Shown here: piece by piece, positions 1 to 9,868 of the stretch | How positions within the stretch are numbered: the first letter of the stretch is position 1 | Layout of the letters: each line of letters opens with the position of its first letter | From: an uncultured Deferribacteres bacterium | Lineage (GTDB): Bacteria; Zhuqueibacterota; JdFR-76; BMS3Abin05 | Assembly (NCBI GenBank): GCA_964579725.1 | Contig: CAZOHG010000006.1 | Span: 22,237-86,236 of the forward strand | Direction of reading: 5' to 3' | DNA length: 64,000 nucleotides | Notes under the pieces: generated by a model | What the model was told of the DNA's origin: nothing | The model's database searches: none | What the model saw: only the letters and a program-made list of their open reading frames with translations | Translations under genes and position numbers: made by a program

Positions 1-196
1 GGGTGTAAACGATTGGAAATTTTTGGCTCCCGTTTTGATTGGAGACACGATTTACGGACGAGCAGAAGTGACCAAAACTCGAAAAAGCTCCAAACAGAAG
101 GCGGGGATTGTTACCTTTTCCGTTCAGGTACACAACCAGCGTGACGAGGTGGTTCAAAAGGGAACCTTCGTCCTGCTTTTCGAAAGTAAGCAATAG
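1..196 (+). CDS. partial CDS (5' end outside window): C-terminal hot-dog fold of a MaoC-like (R)-specific enoyl-CoA hydratase/dehydratase
   Basis: Frame 2 is open from the window edge to TAG at 194-196: ...GVNDWKFLAPVLIGDTIYGRAEVTKTRKSSKQKAGIVTFSVQVHNQRDEVVQKGTFVLLFESKQ*. This is a typical MaoC/hot-dog C-terminus. It is absent from the ORF track because no start codon lies in the window. Confidence 0.5.
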   Translation, partial: GVNDWKFLAPVLIGDTIYGRAEVTKTRKSSKQKAGIVTFSVQVHNQRDEVVQKGTFVLLFESKQ

Positions 197-304
197 CAGG
201 CTCCTTAAGTCCCAATCTGGCCAAAAATCCACAGATTTTTTGCCAATCGTGTAAACAGCCGGACACCGGAAGCGAATTCCCCCGCCCGCGTTTCAAGAGG
301 ACGC

Positions 305-1984
305 TTGAGCAAAAACCCACTCATTCATGAAAAGAGTGAAAAAGAGGACCATTCAATTCACCATTTAACGCAAGGATGGACAATGGCACTACGTATTAAT
401 GGCATTCAAATTGACGATGCCACCATCGCTCAGGAAATCGAGCGGCTTCGCCCCCAATATGTGGACTATTTTTCGGACCAAGAGCCCGAAGAAGAGGAAG
501 AAACGCTTTTGAGCTGGGCTCAGGAGAATATAATCGAAGAGGTGCTGATTCAGGAAGAGGTACAAAAGCGGGGTATTCGCGTTTCAAAAAACGAGGTTTA
601 CCGAGCATTTCAGGATTTAGTTCGAAAGTTCGGCAGTCCAGAGGCGCTGTACCAGCATTTCGAGACCACTCAAAAGGACAAACCGGCCATTCGCCTTTTT
701 TTACAGAAAAGGCTGGCCATAAAAAAGCTTTTTGATTCGGTGTGTACCGATCCGACCCGCTCGAGAGGCGAGCAGGAGGAGGCCTTTATAGAGGAACTCA
801 GGGCACACGCAAACATTCAGATAGATTCCCCCTACGAACGGCCGCGCAAAAAGCTGACGTCCGTTCTGGTGAAACCGGCCGGCCCCGATTGCAATCTTGC
901 CTGCACCTATTGTTTTTACCTAAAAAAGGCTGCCCTTTTCACCGAGACAAAGGTTCACCGAATGTCCGCCCACGTCCTCGAAGAAACCGTGCGGCAGGCG
1001 GTCACACAAGCCGACAAGGAAATTTCGTTTGCCTGGCAGGGCGGCGAGCCCACTTTAATGGGGCTCCCTTTCTTCGAAACGGCGATCGAGTTACAGAAAA
1101 AATTCGCGGGCAGCACCAAAGTGGGCAACGGCTTGCAAACCAACGGCATTCTTCTCAATCCCGATTGGGCGGCTTTCCTGAAAAACAACCATTTTTTGGT
1201 GGGGCTTTCTTTGGACGGCCCCAAGCACGTGCACGATCATTACCGCCTGTTTAAGGGCGGAAAAGGTAGTTGGGAACAGGTTACCGACCGCGCCAAAATG
1301 CTCCTCGATGCCGGAGTGGACGTAAACGTCCTGACTGTGGTTTCCGATTATTCCGCCCGTTTTCCGGAAGAAATCTACAATTTCCACAAATCTCTCGGAC
1401 TGCGCCACATGCAATTTATTCCCGTGGTTGAGACCCACCCCCGTATTCCAACCGAAGCGGCACCCTTTTCGGTTTTGCCACAGGCCTACGGAGAATTTCT
1501 GAAGAAAATTTTCGATCTTTGGTGGCAGGATTTTCGACACGGCATGCCTACAACCTTTGTCCGCTATTTTGATTCGGTTTTCTTCAATTACGTGGGACTG
1601 GAGCCGCCGGATTGTGAACTAAAGCGAGCTTGCGGTGTGTACGTGGTGGTGGAACACAACGGGGACATCTACGCCTGCGATTTTTTCGTGGAACCCCGTT
1701 GGAAATTGGGGAATGTTTTGCACGACCGGCTGACAGACCTGCTGAATTCCAGCCGACAATTTCATTTCGGGCAGTTCAAAGCCATTCTGCCGAGCGAATG
1801 TTTGTCCTGCCCCTGGCGGCCCTACTGCTGGGGAGGCTGCCCCAAAGACCGGATTCGGGACCCGCGGGACAACGGGAGCAACCACTTCTGCCAGTCGTAC
1901 AAGATGTTTTTTGAACACGCCCACGCCCGGCTACAAGTGTTGGCCCGAAAATGGCGTCTCGGCGCGATGGGGCAAAAATTTTGA
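305..1984 (+). CDS. radical SAM/SPASM-domain maturase (anaerobic sulfatase-maturating-enzyme-like) with an N-terminal ~180-aa SurA_N-like chaperone domain
   Basis: The CxxxCxxC motif 'CNLACTYCFY' is preceded by 'VLVKPAGPD', as in anSME/AtsB. The C-terminal Cys-rich SPASM region reads 'CGVYVVVEHNGDIYACDF...CLSCPWRPYCWGGCPKDR'. The N-terminus 'INGIQIDDATIAQEIERL...EEVLIQEEVQKRGIRVSKNEV...' resembles the SurA N-terminal domain. No signal peptide. Confidence 0.75.
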   Translation: MSKNPLIHEKSEKEDHSIHHLTQGWTMALRINGIQIDDATIAQEIERLRPQYVDYFSDQEPEEEEETLLSWAQENIIEEVLIQEEVQKRGIRVSKNEVYRAFQDLVRKFGSPEALYQHFETTQKDKPAIRLFLQKRLAIKKLFDSVCTDPTRSRGEQEEAFIEELRAHANIQIDSPYERPRKKLTSVLVKPAGPDCNLACTYCFYLKKAALFTETKVHRMSAHVLEETVRQAVTQADKEISFAWQGGEPTLMGLPFFETAIELQKKFAGSTKVGNGLQTNGILLNPDWAAFLKNNHFLVGLSLDGPKHVHDHYRLFKGGKGSWEQVTDRAKMLLDAGVDVNVLTVVSDYSARFPEEIYNFHKSLGLRHMQFIPVVETHPRIPTEAAPFSVLPQAYGEFLKKIFDLWWQDFRHGMPTTFVRYFDSVFFNYVGLEPPDCELKRACGVYVVVEHNGDIYACDFFVEPRWKLGNVLHDRLTDLLNSSRQFHFGQFKAILPSECLSCPWRPYCWGGCPKDRIRDPRDNGSNHFCQSYKMFFEHAHARLQVLARKWRLGAMGQKF

Positions 1985-2123
1985 GTCCTTTTCGGGGATG
2001 CCCGGCTCTAAAACCGGCTTTTTTTTAAACAGAGATGAAAAGAATTTTCCTCGTTCCGAATCTTCCTACCGCCGAACAGCTCCAATATTTCCCTTTGCCA
2101 GAGAGCCTTCGTCTCTCACTTGG

Positions 2124-3056
2124 TCAAAAAGAATCGGTTCCCCAGTAGAGGGTTCGTTCGGGCGGGAAAAGCGACTCGACTTTGTCCGTGCCAAAAAATT
2201 CCGGATCCAAAATGGAAAACATGACGCTGGTGTCGGTTTTAACTTCTACCTTGCACGCATCGGATTCCTTCCAAAGGGCTCCCAGAGGAGCCGTCAACTG
2301 CACTTTTTGCCGGTTGCTGCGAATGGCCAATTCCCGGGAAAGAGCCAGCAAATGTTCAGCCTCGTTGTCAAGTGCTCCGAATTCCATGACGTTGGCCGTT
2401 TTTTCCTCTACCTTCCCGCGCAAATAGGCTACCGGTCGGTTCTCTGCAAATCGCACCAAAAAATGGTGCGTATTTTGTTTCTTCAGGCGGAATTGACTCC
2501 GCCACCGAACCTCGTCCCGTACCAAAGGGCCGTTCCAGCGAAGGGAAAATTCGGCGTGAATTTGCCGAACCGTTTGAAAATCTCGTTCAAAATCAAAGAC
2601 ACGCACAGACGGGTCCCCCTGGGGTCGGGCTCCAAAATCAGCCACAAAGGTCTGGCGAGGCAGAGTTTGAAATCCCACGCGTTCGTAAAAGGGGTTAATG
2701 TCGGTGAAAAGCATGGAAAGAGGCATGTGCTCCGCTTTCATGGTTTCAATGGCTTTCCGCAAAACGCGTGTTGAAAATCCGCGTTTCAAAAACTCCGGGT
2801 GCGTGGAAACGTTGGCAATCCCCCCAAACGGGACTGTTTTTCCGTTCCAATAGAGTTGGCGGGGCGTCACAAGGACGCTGCTTACCAATTTCCCCTCTAC
2901 CCGCAAAAGATGAATATTTCGATATTCCACCGCAGGGTCGTACAGAAAGGCATATTCAAAATAATCCCGTGGGGTAGCGGGAAAAGCGCGATCCCACAAA
3001 TCCAATGCGTCAATTAAATCTTTGTGCGATGTGGCCGGGCCAAGATAATCCTTCAT
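2124..3056 (-). CDS. GNAT-family N-acetyltransferase (Eis-like two-domain architecture)
   Basis: GNAT acetyl-CoA motif 'HPEFLKRGFSTRVL'. Start chosen at MKDYLGPATSH (3056), which avoids overlap with the upstream GHMP kinase gene. The 156-nt N-terminal extension in the ORF track is rejected. Confidence 0.6.
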   Translation of the reverse strand: MKDYLGPATSHKDLIDALDLWDRAFPATPRDYFEYAFLYDPAVEYRNIHLLRVEGKLVSSVLVTPRQLYWNGKTVPFGGIANVSTHPEFLKRGFSTRVLRKAIETMKAEHMPLSMLFTDINPFYERVGFQTLPRQTFVADFGARPQGDPSVRVFDFERDFQTVRQIHAEFSLRWNGPLVRDEVRWRSQFRLKKQNTHHFLVRFAENRPVAYLRGKVEEKTANVMEFGALDNEAEHLLALSRELAIRSNRQKVQLTAPLGALWKESDACKVEVKTDTSVMFSILDPEFFGTDKVESLFPPERTLYWGTDSF

Positions 3057-3102
3057 GATTTTTGCAAACCTCCTGATTTTTTCAACACCGTTCCCAAAAA
3101 AT

Positions 3103-4197
3103 CTACTTGCGCGGCGATTCCACCCGAACGCCTTCGTCCACACGGACAATGTAGGGCACACCGCCTTCGGCACGAATGGCTTCCGCCACGGCTTCGGTGT
3201 TTTCCGGAGCGTACGCAAACATGCACCCCCCGCCGCCGGAGCCGTTAATTTTCCCTCCGTACGCGCCCGCTTTGAGCGCCGCCTCCAACATTCGGTCGAT
3301 TTTGGGGGTTGAAATTTTTAGCACATCTCGCAAAATCGTCTGGTGTTCGTTCAGCAGAGCGCCGAATTTTCGGTGGTCCAGAACGGGTTGGGTGAGAACG
3401 TGCAAAGCGCGCCGGGTAATGTCCCGATTTTTCAGAAATCCCTCCAACAAACCGAACGCCTCGGAGGTCAATTGACTTTTTAGCGGAGTGACAGCCTCTA
3501 TTTTCAGATGGGGCAGTTTTTCCAGCGAAAGGGCCGGCGAATGATTGTTCAGGATTGCAAGCATCCCGTTTTTTACGCGCCTTAAAATCCCCTTCGTGTC
3601 CTTCGCCTCGCGGGAATCCCCCAAAACAAATGCCCCCAATTGGGGAAACAGGCGTTGGGCCGGTTGAGGCGCACGAAAATCCAGGTACAACACACCGCCC
3701 AAACTGGTGGCGTAGTGGTCCATCATGCCGCCGGGTTCTTTAAATTCTGCCACTTCCGCGCGGTGTGCCATTTGTGCGATAAAAATCAAATCGTTTCGCC
3801 GAGGGTGACGCACAGCCTCCAATAAAAATTTCACCCAGGCAACCACCAGAGCGGAAGAGCTGGACGTCCCGGAATTAATCGGAATGCTACCGCGTACTTC
3901 GCAATCGAATCCCGTGGGAAAATCAATACCTTCGCGTTGAAGCACATTGACCACACTTTTCAAATAATCCCGCTCCTGCCCGTAGGGGATTTCTTTCTGT
4001 AAATCGAATGTTTCCTCGGCGCCAATATCGGGAAGAGAAAAGTGAATCCGGCGGTCGGGCCGCATTTCCCCGGAAATACGAATGCGAAGATTAATTGCGC
4101 TGGTAATGACCGGCAGATGCAGGTAATCCTGGTGTTCTCCGAAGAGGCAAATTCGTCCGGGCGCCGAAGTGGTCAAATTGGGCATGGTATTCCTCAT
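3103..4197 (-). CDS. GHMP-family sugar kinase (galactokinase/GalNAc-kinase-like)
   Basis: N-terminal 'GRICLFGEHQDY' (galactokinase signature). GHMP motif 2 'PINSGTSSSSALVVA'. C-terminal 'GGKINGSGGGGCMFA'. Confidence 0.7.
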   Translation of the reverse strand: MRNTMPNLTTSAPGRICLFGEHQDYLHLPVITSAINLRIRISGEMRPDRRIHFSLPDIGAEETFDLQKEIPYGQERDYLKSVVNVLQREGIDFPTGFDCEVRGSIPINSGTSSSSALVVAWVKFLLEAVRHPRRNDLIFIAQMAHRAEVAEFKEPGGMMDHYATSLGGVLYLDFRAPQPAQRLFPQLGAFVLGDSREAKDTKGILRRVKNGMLAILNNHSPALSLEKLPHLKIEAVTPLKSQLTSEAFGLLEGFLKNRDITRRALHVLTQPVLDHRKFGALLNEHQTILRDVLKISTPKIDRMLEAALKAGAYGGKINGSGGGGCMFAYAPENTEAVAEAIRAEGGVPYIVRVDEGVRVESPRK

Positions 4198-5439
4198 TTA
4201 GACAAACGAACTGACGTCAATGTGATTGGTTTGGAAAATTTCTTTTTTGACCAGCGTCGTTGCCCCCAACGCACCGGCCAGGTATCCCAATTCCGACACC
4301 ACAATTTGCGCCCGTTCACTAATGTGCGGCAGAGCGCGCTTGGTGGCTTCGGTTTGAATGGGATTCAGCAAAAAGCGCCCGGCCCGCGAAACCCTTCCCC
4401 CTAAAATAACGATTTCCGGATTAAACAAATTGATTAAAATCGCCAGCCCCTGCCCGATGTAGCGCCCCGCTTGTTCAATAATTTCAATCGAAAGCTGGTC
4501 CCCCATTTGAGCGGCTTTTACCACCCACTCCGGGTTAATGGCCTCCACATCTCCCCGAACCAACGCCCGCAGTTTCGTCTTTTTTCCGGCGCGAACCAGT
4601 TGCCTGGCCTGTTCGGCAATGGCATGCCCCGAAGCCAAACTCTCCAAACAGCCGTATTTCCCGCATTGACACAGGGGGCCGTTTTCTTTCAGGGTAATGT
4701 GACCAAATTCACCGGCAAATCCGTCGTGGCCGTGGTAAATGGTTCGATTGGTAATAATTCCCAGTCCGATTCCCCAACCGAGATTAAGACAAAGGGCGTT
4801 TCGGGCATTTTTCGCCAGTCCGAACCACAATTCCCCCAATGCCATGGCACGAGCGTCATTTTCCACAAAAACGGGCAAGTCCAGTTTTTTTTCGAATATC
4901 TCGCGAATGGGTCGCTCGTCGAAATTCAAAAAGGTGTAGCTCTTGCCCAATTTACAATTGACCAGCCCGGGAATGGCCAACCCGACACCTAAAACACGAT
5001 TTCTTTGAACCCCACTTTTTTCAATGGCTCGGTTGATTTCTGTCGCAATTTGGTCAATAACGGCCGGATCGTGCAAATCTAACGTGTGAAATAATTTTTC
5101 GTAAATCACATTTTGACTTAAATCCACCAAAATAATGTTGGTGTTAAAGCGGCCTAAATCGGCTCCTACCACGTACCGGGCTGTTGTGTTCAGGCGAATG
5201 TGTTGGGGCGGACGACCGGGGCTTGTGGCTTCTCCTTTCTCTCGAATAATGTAATCTTCCGATTCCAACTCCTGAATCAGATTGGTCACCGTGGGCACAT
5301 TAAAACCTGTGCGCCGGCTCAATTCCGTAAGCGACAATGCCCCGTTTGAGCGTAACGTATTAAGAATAATATTCTTACGAATACGCCTTTTAAGTGAAAC
5401 ACGCGTAAGATTTTTGGCCCTAATGCGCAATTCATTCAT
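4198..5439 (-). CDS. ROK-family transcriptional regulator (NagC/Mlc-like, N-terminal HTH plus sugar-kinase fold)
   Basis: HTH region 'LSLTELSRRTGFNVPTVTNLIQELE'. ROK Zn motif 'CQCGKYGCLESLASG'. The reading frame abuts the GHMP kinase (operon). Confidence 0.8.
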   Translation of the reverse strand: MNELRIRAKNLTRVSLKRRIRKNIILNTLRSNGALSLTELSRRTGFNVPTVTNLIQELESEDYIIREKGEATSPGRPPQHIRLNTTARYVVGADLGRFNTNIILVDLSQNVIYEKLFHTLDLHDPAVIDQIATEINRAIEKSGVQRNRVLGVGLAIPGLVNCKLGKSYTFLNFDERPIREIFEKKLDLPVFVENDARAMALGELWFGLAKNARNALCLNLGWGIGLGIITNRTIYHGHDGFAGEFGHITLKENGPLCQCGKYGCLESLASGHAIAEQARQLVRAGKKTKLRALVRGDVEAINPEWVVKAAQMGDQLSIEIIEQAGRYIGQGLAILINLFNPEIVILGGRVSRAGRFLLNPIQTEATKRALPHISERAQIVVSELGYLAGALGATTLVKKEIFQTNHIDVSSFV

Positions 5440-5711
5440 GAGATTTTCCGGGCACCTGTTTGTGCTTGCGCATGAGACTCTTGAATTCTTTCAGCGGAAT
5501 TACAATCCAGATGACCAAAATAATCAACCCGACCAGCCAAATGCTCCAGGTGATCCAATCAAACATAGGGGAATCTCCTACCTTGAATATCCCAAAACCG
5601 CACCCGTTCTTTCCGGCACAGCCGTTTCTCTGCTATTCGCCACAAGCGCGGCGGCGAGCCGAAAAGTGCCCCAAAATGGTGCCCCCTCTCCAGAGACGGC
5701 AGACGGGTGGA

Positions 5712-6848
5712 TTAAATTAGGCGGCGGGCGATTGTCATTAATTCCGCCTCCCGAACCCCTTCGTAAATCTCCAAAATGCGGGCGTCACGGTAAAAGCGCT
5801 GGATATCGTACTCATCGATATACCCGTAGCCGCCGTGCAGTTGAAGGGCTTCGTTGGTTACCCAAACAGCAACGTGACCGGAATAATACTTGGCCATGGC
5901 GTTCAACTTGGGATCGGGATGACCCTGATCGACCGTCCAGGCCGCCTTGTACATCAGGGTTCGCGCCAATTCAATTTGTGTTGCCATTTCGGCCAATTTG
6001 AACTGAACGGCCTGGTTGGCAATGATCGGCTGTCCGAATGTTTTGCGCTCCTGCACGTATTTAAGAGCCAGATCCAGCGCCCCCTGTGCTACACCGACAC
6101 CTTGAGCCGCCACCATAATGCGGGTAACATCAAAAAATTGCATGACCTGATAAAACCCCCTTCCCTCTTGCCCAATTAAATTGGACTGCGGAACACGGAC
6201 GTTGTCAAAAACAATTTCAGCTGTGTCGCTGGCTCGAATGCCCATTTTCCCGTGTATTTTGGTACGGGTAATCCCCTCCCGGTCGGCTTCTACCAAAATC
6301 AGACTTTGACGTTGGTGGCGCTTTTCCGCTTCTGGGTTCGTCACGGCCAACACCACCATAAAATCACACACCGTTCCATTTGTAATGAACATTTTGCTGC
6401 CATTTAAGATGTACGAATCGCCATCCTTTTTGGCTGTGGTTTTAATACCGGCCACGTCGGTTCCGGCGTCCGGCTCCGTGTACGCTCCGGCGGAAATGGC
6501 CTGTCCGTTCACAATCGGAGGCAAATACTTTTTCTTCTGCTCTTCCGTACCGAAAAACAAGATGTTTTCCGATCCGAAAGGCGCCGCCCCAATTAGCCCG
6601 ATTCCCATGTCCACACGCGAAAATTGCTCCGTAATGAGAGCGTTTTCCAGGAACCCAACACCCGCTCCCCCGTATTCTTCGGGAATGAAAGCTCCGATTA
6701 ATCCGTTTTCACAAGCCTTTTTCCAAATCTCCCGGGGGTAGCGTTCTTCACGGTCGTATTCTTTGGCAACAGGCGTAAACTCGTTCACCGCAAATTTATA
6801 AGCCATTTCCTGAAGCATCTTCTGTTCATCGGTCAATTCGAAGTCCAT
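5712..6848 (-). CDS. acyl-CoA dehydrogenase
   Basis: 378 aa. Begins 'MDFELTDEQKMLQEMAYKFAVNEF...'; carries 'GGYGYIDEYDIQRFYRDARILEIYEGVREAELMTIARRL', a typical ACAD C-terminus. Confidence 0.85.
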   Translation of the reverse strand: MDFELTDEQKMLQEMAYKFAVNEFTPVAKEYDREERYPREIWKKACENGLIGAFIPEEYGGAGVGFLENALITEQFSRVDMGIGLIGAAPFGSENILFFGTEEQKKKYLPPIVNGQAISAGAYTEPDAGTDVAGIKTTAKKDGDSYILNGSKMFITNGTVCDFMVVLAVTNPEAEKRHQRQSLILVEADREGITRTKIHGKMGIRASDTAEIVFDNVRVPQSNLIGQEGRGFYQVMQFFDVTRIMVAAQGVGVAQGALDLALKYVQERKTFGQPIIANQAVQFKLAEMATQIELARTLMYKAAWTVDQGHPDPKLNAMAKYYSGHVAVWVTNEALQLHGGYGYIDEYDIQRFYRDARILEIYEGVREAELMTIARRLI

Positions 6849-7436
6849 GGCATTCTCCTTTTTTTAAAAATCAAACGCTTCAAAACCCTTTTTGGGCATC
6901 CAATCCGCCAATCTTTGGATCGCCCAAAAACTTTTTCCGCCGAAACATCCGCAGAACAAATCAGAACTTCTCTTCCAAAAGACTTTTTCACGAAGATACC
7001 GGTAGATAAAACTTCCTGGCAGAAATGTAGCCCCCAATTTCCGAAAAAGAAAGGTACCTTTTGGGTTTCAAATAGTGTGTTAAAATTTACCTATTTTGCC
7101 GATTAAAAACAAGCCAATTTTCAAAAATTGACGGGACAGAGCCATTTAATTCCTGTTCTCAAGCGATTTGTTTTTCCGCCTTTCTCCGGCATTTATTGGA
7201 AAGAACAAAGAAGGGGGATTTTTGCTAATTTCTTTGAACAGCTACTGAAAAAGAGACGCCAAATCGAGCCGTCGAGCCATTTGGTGAACAAAAGCCTTGA
7301 TAATTTCCAAAAATAATCGCATATTATAGGCGATTTTTTTGTGAGTTCCCAAAATTGCACGTATAAGGCGCCGGATTTTTCCGGCAAGATTCCAATAAAA
7401 ACCAATGGTTTTATTTATTGAAGGAGGACAGGTTCG

Positions 7437-8420
7437 ATGGCCGATTTGACTACCACGTACATGGGGCTGAAACTGAAAAATCCGGTAATCGTGGGCAGCA
7501 GCAGCATGATGCAATCCTTACAGGGTTTTCGAGACGCCGAAAAAGCCGGGGCAGGCGCCATTGTGATGAAATCACTTTTTGAGGAACAAATCCGCGCCGA
7601 AATTGGTGAGGTGGACGAGATTAGTGCCCAGGCCCACCCGGAAGAATACAATTATTTGATTTCCGAATTGGAAATGCAGTACGGTGCCGATCAATACATT
7701 CAACTTATTCGTCAGGCCAAAAAGGAACTCTCCATTCCGCTTATTGCGAGCATTAATTGCACATCTCCCAAATGGTGGGTGCAATACGCCAAGCAAATCG
7801 AATCGGCAGGGGCCGACGCCCTGGAGTTGAACATTTCCATTATGCCCTCCGATTTGTACAAAACCTCCCTGGAAATTGAAAAACAGTACTACGACATTAT
7901 TGCAGAAGCCCGAAAAGCCACCGGTCTGCCGTTGGCTGTGAAAATCGGCCCCTATTTTACCGGAATGGGTGTGGTTGCCCGTGAATTGTGTGAAAAGGGG
8001 GCTGACGCTCTGGTGCTCTTCAACCGCTTTTACCAATTCGATATTGACATCAACGCCCTGGAAATCAAAGGCGCCAATTGGTTCAGTCACCCCAACGAAA
8101 TGAGTTTACCGCTGCGCTGGATTTCCATTCTGGCGGGCAAAATTGCGTGCGACCTTTCGGCCACCACCGGCATTCACGACGCCGAGGGTGTGATTAAACA
8201 ATTGCTGGCCGGTGCCACCACCGTCCAGGTCGTGTCAACACTGTTTTTGAACAAATTCGGGCAAATTGAAAAGATTCTAAACGGCTTGTCCAACTGGATG
8301 GAAAAACATGGATTTACAAAAATTGACGATTTCCGCGGCAAACTGAGCCAGGCACAACATCCCACACCCGATATTTTTGAGCGGCTTCAGTACATTAAGG
8401 CTCTGGTGGGTATTGAATAG
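7437..8420 (+). CDS. dihydroorotate dehydrogenase-family flavoprotein (DHOD/DHPD-like, FMN TIM barrel)
   Basis: 'LKLKNPVIVGSSSM...AGAGAIVMKS' at the N-terminus and 'GADALELNISIMPS', as in PyrD/PreA. RBS GGAGGA lies 8 nt upstream. Confidence 0.6.
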   Translation: MADLTTTYMGLKLKNPVIVGSSSMMQSLQGFRDAEKAGAGAIVMKSLFEEQIRAEIGEVDEISAQAHPEEYNYLISELEMQYGADQYIQLIRQAKKELSIPLIASINCTSPKWWVQYAKQIESAGADALELNISIMPSDLYKTSLEIEKQYYDIIAEARKATGLPLAVKIGPYFTGMGVVARELCEKGADALVLFNRFYQFDIDINALEIKGANWFSHPNEMSLPLRWISILAGKIACDLSATTGIHDAEGVIKQLLAGATTVQVVSTLFLNKFGQIEKILNGLSNWMEKHGFTKIDDFRGKLSQAQHPTPDIFERLQYIKALVGIE

Positions 8421-8499
8421 GGCTTGCAACCGAAAAATAAAATTGGTTTGTACAAATTAATGTGAAACATTTTAATAATTAAGAATAAGGAAGAAAAAA

Positions 8500-9366
8500 A
8501 TGAAAAGCAAAATTCTTGGCGGTTTTTTTATTCTCTCATTGGTGTTTGTTTTTTGTAGTCAGAAAACCAAGCAGCAGGAATCCCCCTGGGTGTGGCTTTC
8601 GCACCAGAAACCCATGTACGAAATGACTATTGCGGAAATTGACAGCTTTTTGCCACAGCTCCAGAAAAAATTCCCCGATTGGGACGCGCGCCTGAAAGCC
8701 CTCTCGCTGAATCGATTGGGGACGGTTTACGACTGGCATGCCATTGGGGACGGGCGCCCGCCGGAATCCAACCCGATTTTCACCGTCCGGAAAACCAATT
8801 GTACCGTTCAAGTGCTGACGAATGAGGCGCTGGCGCTCTCCCGCTCCTACGCCCAGGCCGAAAGTTTAATGGCGTACATCGATTACTACCCCGTGCCCAA
8901 GGGACAGGACCCCGTTTCGTACCAAAATCGCGTTCATTTTACTTACGATCGCATTCACACCTCCCGTTTTTTCAAGGACATTACCCGGCAGATCGCCAAA
9001 CCATCCGAATTGGATTCCGTACACATTGTGCTCAATCGCAAAAAGGACGGAACCCACTTTTTGCCGATTCCTTTTGAAAAATCGGTGACGGCCTACTACA
9101 TTCCCGTCCACAAAATCACAAAAGACCTGCTGAAGCGCCTTCCGCCTGTGTGTGGTGTGGATTTTGTTCGGAAGAAAATGTGGCCGCTTGGCATCATGAT
9201 CGCCCACGAAGGCATGGTTTTCGACGGAAAAACCCTGATTCATGCCTCTTTGCAGGCCAAAAAAGTGGTAAAACAGGATTTTTGGAACTACCTGTTTCGC
9301 AAAGACGGTACAACCGCTTGCGACGGTGTGGTCTTTTTCAAATTCATTGACGTCAATAAAAAATAA
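8500..9366 (+). CDS. putative lipoprotein, DUF1460 / amidase-like (Cys-His fold) family
   Basis: Signal peptide with lipobox-like 'LVFVFCSQ'. The family assignment rests on weak, recalled similarity only. Confidence 0.3.
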   Translation: MKSKILGGFFILSLVFVFCSQKTKQQESPWVWLSHQKPMYEMTIAEIDSFLPQLQKKFPDWDARLKALSLNRLGTVYDWHAIGDGRPPESNPIFTVRKTNCTVQVLTNEALALSRSYAQAESLMAYIDYYPVPKGQDPVSYQNRVHFTYDRIHTSRFFKDITRQIAKPSELDSVHIVLNRKKDGTHFLPIPFEKSVTAYYIPVHKITKDLLKRLPPVCGVDFVRKKMWPLGIMIAHEGMVFDGKTLIHASLQAKKVVKQDFWNYLFRKDGTTACDGVVFFKFIDVNKK

Positions 9367-9404
9367 GCACCGCTCCCGTTAGCGGGCCGGGGTCAAAAAT
9401 TTCG

Positions 9405-9448
9405 GTGAAGGAGTTCACCCGCAACCGCCTGAAGGCTGATGACTCCTG
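9405..9448 (+). promoter_or_regulatory. fluoride riboswitch (crcB RNA motif)
   Basis: GGUGAAGGAGUUCACC-CGCAACCGCC-UGAAGGC-UGAUGACUCCU. The P1 hairpin is GGUGA/UCACC. Its loop GGAGU can pair with the downstream ACUCC to form the pseudoknot. The conserved AACCGCC and CUGAUGA elements are present, and there is a small GCC/GGC P3 hairpin. It ends 19 nt upstream of the crcB ATG. Confidence 0.8.
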
Positions 9449-9466
9449 AAAATTTGAGAAGATAAA

Positions 9467-9856
9467 ATGGTTCGACTTTTAACGTCCATTGCGCTGGGCG
9501 GTGCGCTGGGTGCTTTACTTCGGTACGCGGTTTCCGGTCTTTGCTACAAATGGCTGGGAGCTGTTTTTCCTTACGGCACTCTGACGGTCAATACGCTGGG
9601 CTCATTTCTCATTGGACTGTTGTGGGGACTTTTCCAAAAAAGCACCGTCTCTCCCGAATGGCGTGCTTTTTTGCTGATCGGAACGTTGGGCGCTTTTACC
9701 ACCTTTTCCACCTTCAGTCTGGAAAGTCTTCAGCTTTTACAGGACGGCGAGATGAAACTGGCATTTGTCAATATCGTCTTGAATTTTGCCTTCGCTCTGA
9801 TTGCCGTATTTTTGGGAATTTGGCTGGCCCGTTATTCTTTTTCGATCGTGAAATAG
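9467..9856 (+). CDS. crcB: fluoride ion channel CrcB/FluC
   Basis: 129 aa, 4 TM. 'GALGALLRY...FPYGTLTVNTLGSFLIGLL...GTLGAFTTFSTFSLE' are canonical CrcB motifs. Confidence 0.9.
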   Translation: MVRLLTSIALGGALGALLRYAVSGLCYKWLGAVFPYGTLTVNTLGSFLIGLLWGLFQKSTVSPEWRAFLLIGTLGAFTTFSTFSLESLQLLQDGEMKLAFVNIVLNFAFALIAVFLGIWLARYSFSIVK

Positions 9857-9868
9857 GAGGCACACACC

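Noticed and set aside
1911-2774. 287-aa ORF on the + strand
   Set aside because: It lies entirely antisense to the well-supported GNAT gene (2124-3056), has low-complexity composition and no recognisable domain, and is a shadow ORF.
3057-3218. N-terminal extensions in track ORFs (GNAT 3057-3218, upp 14330-14392, C69 19331-19438, T9SS cargo 26844-26960, SPFH 36673-36846, LolA-like 32283-32381, ABC 49203-49316, HDAC 54257-54295, membrane protein 45724-45762)
   Set aside because: In each case an internal start gives a proper signal peptide, RBS or family-typical N-terminus, and the extension overlaps a neighbouring gene or is unconserved-looking.
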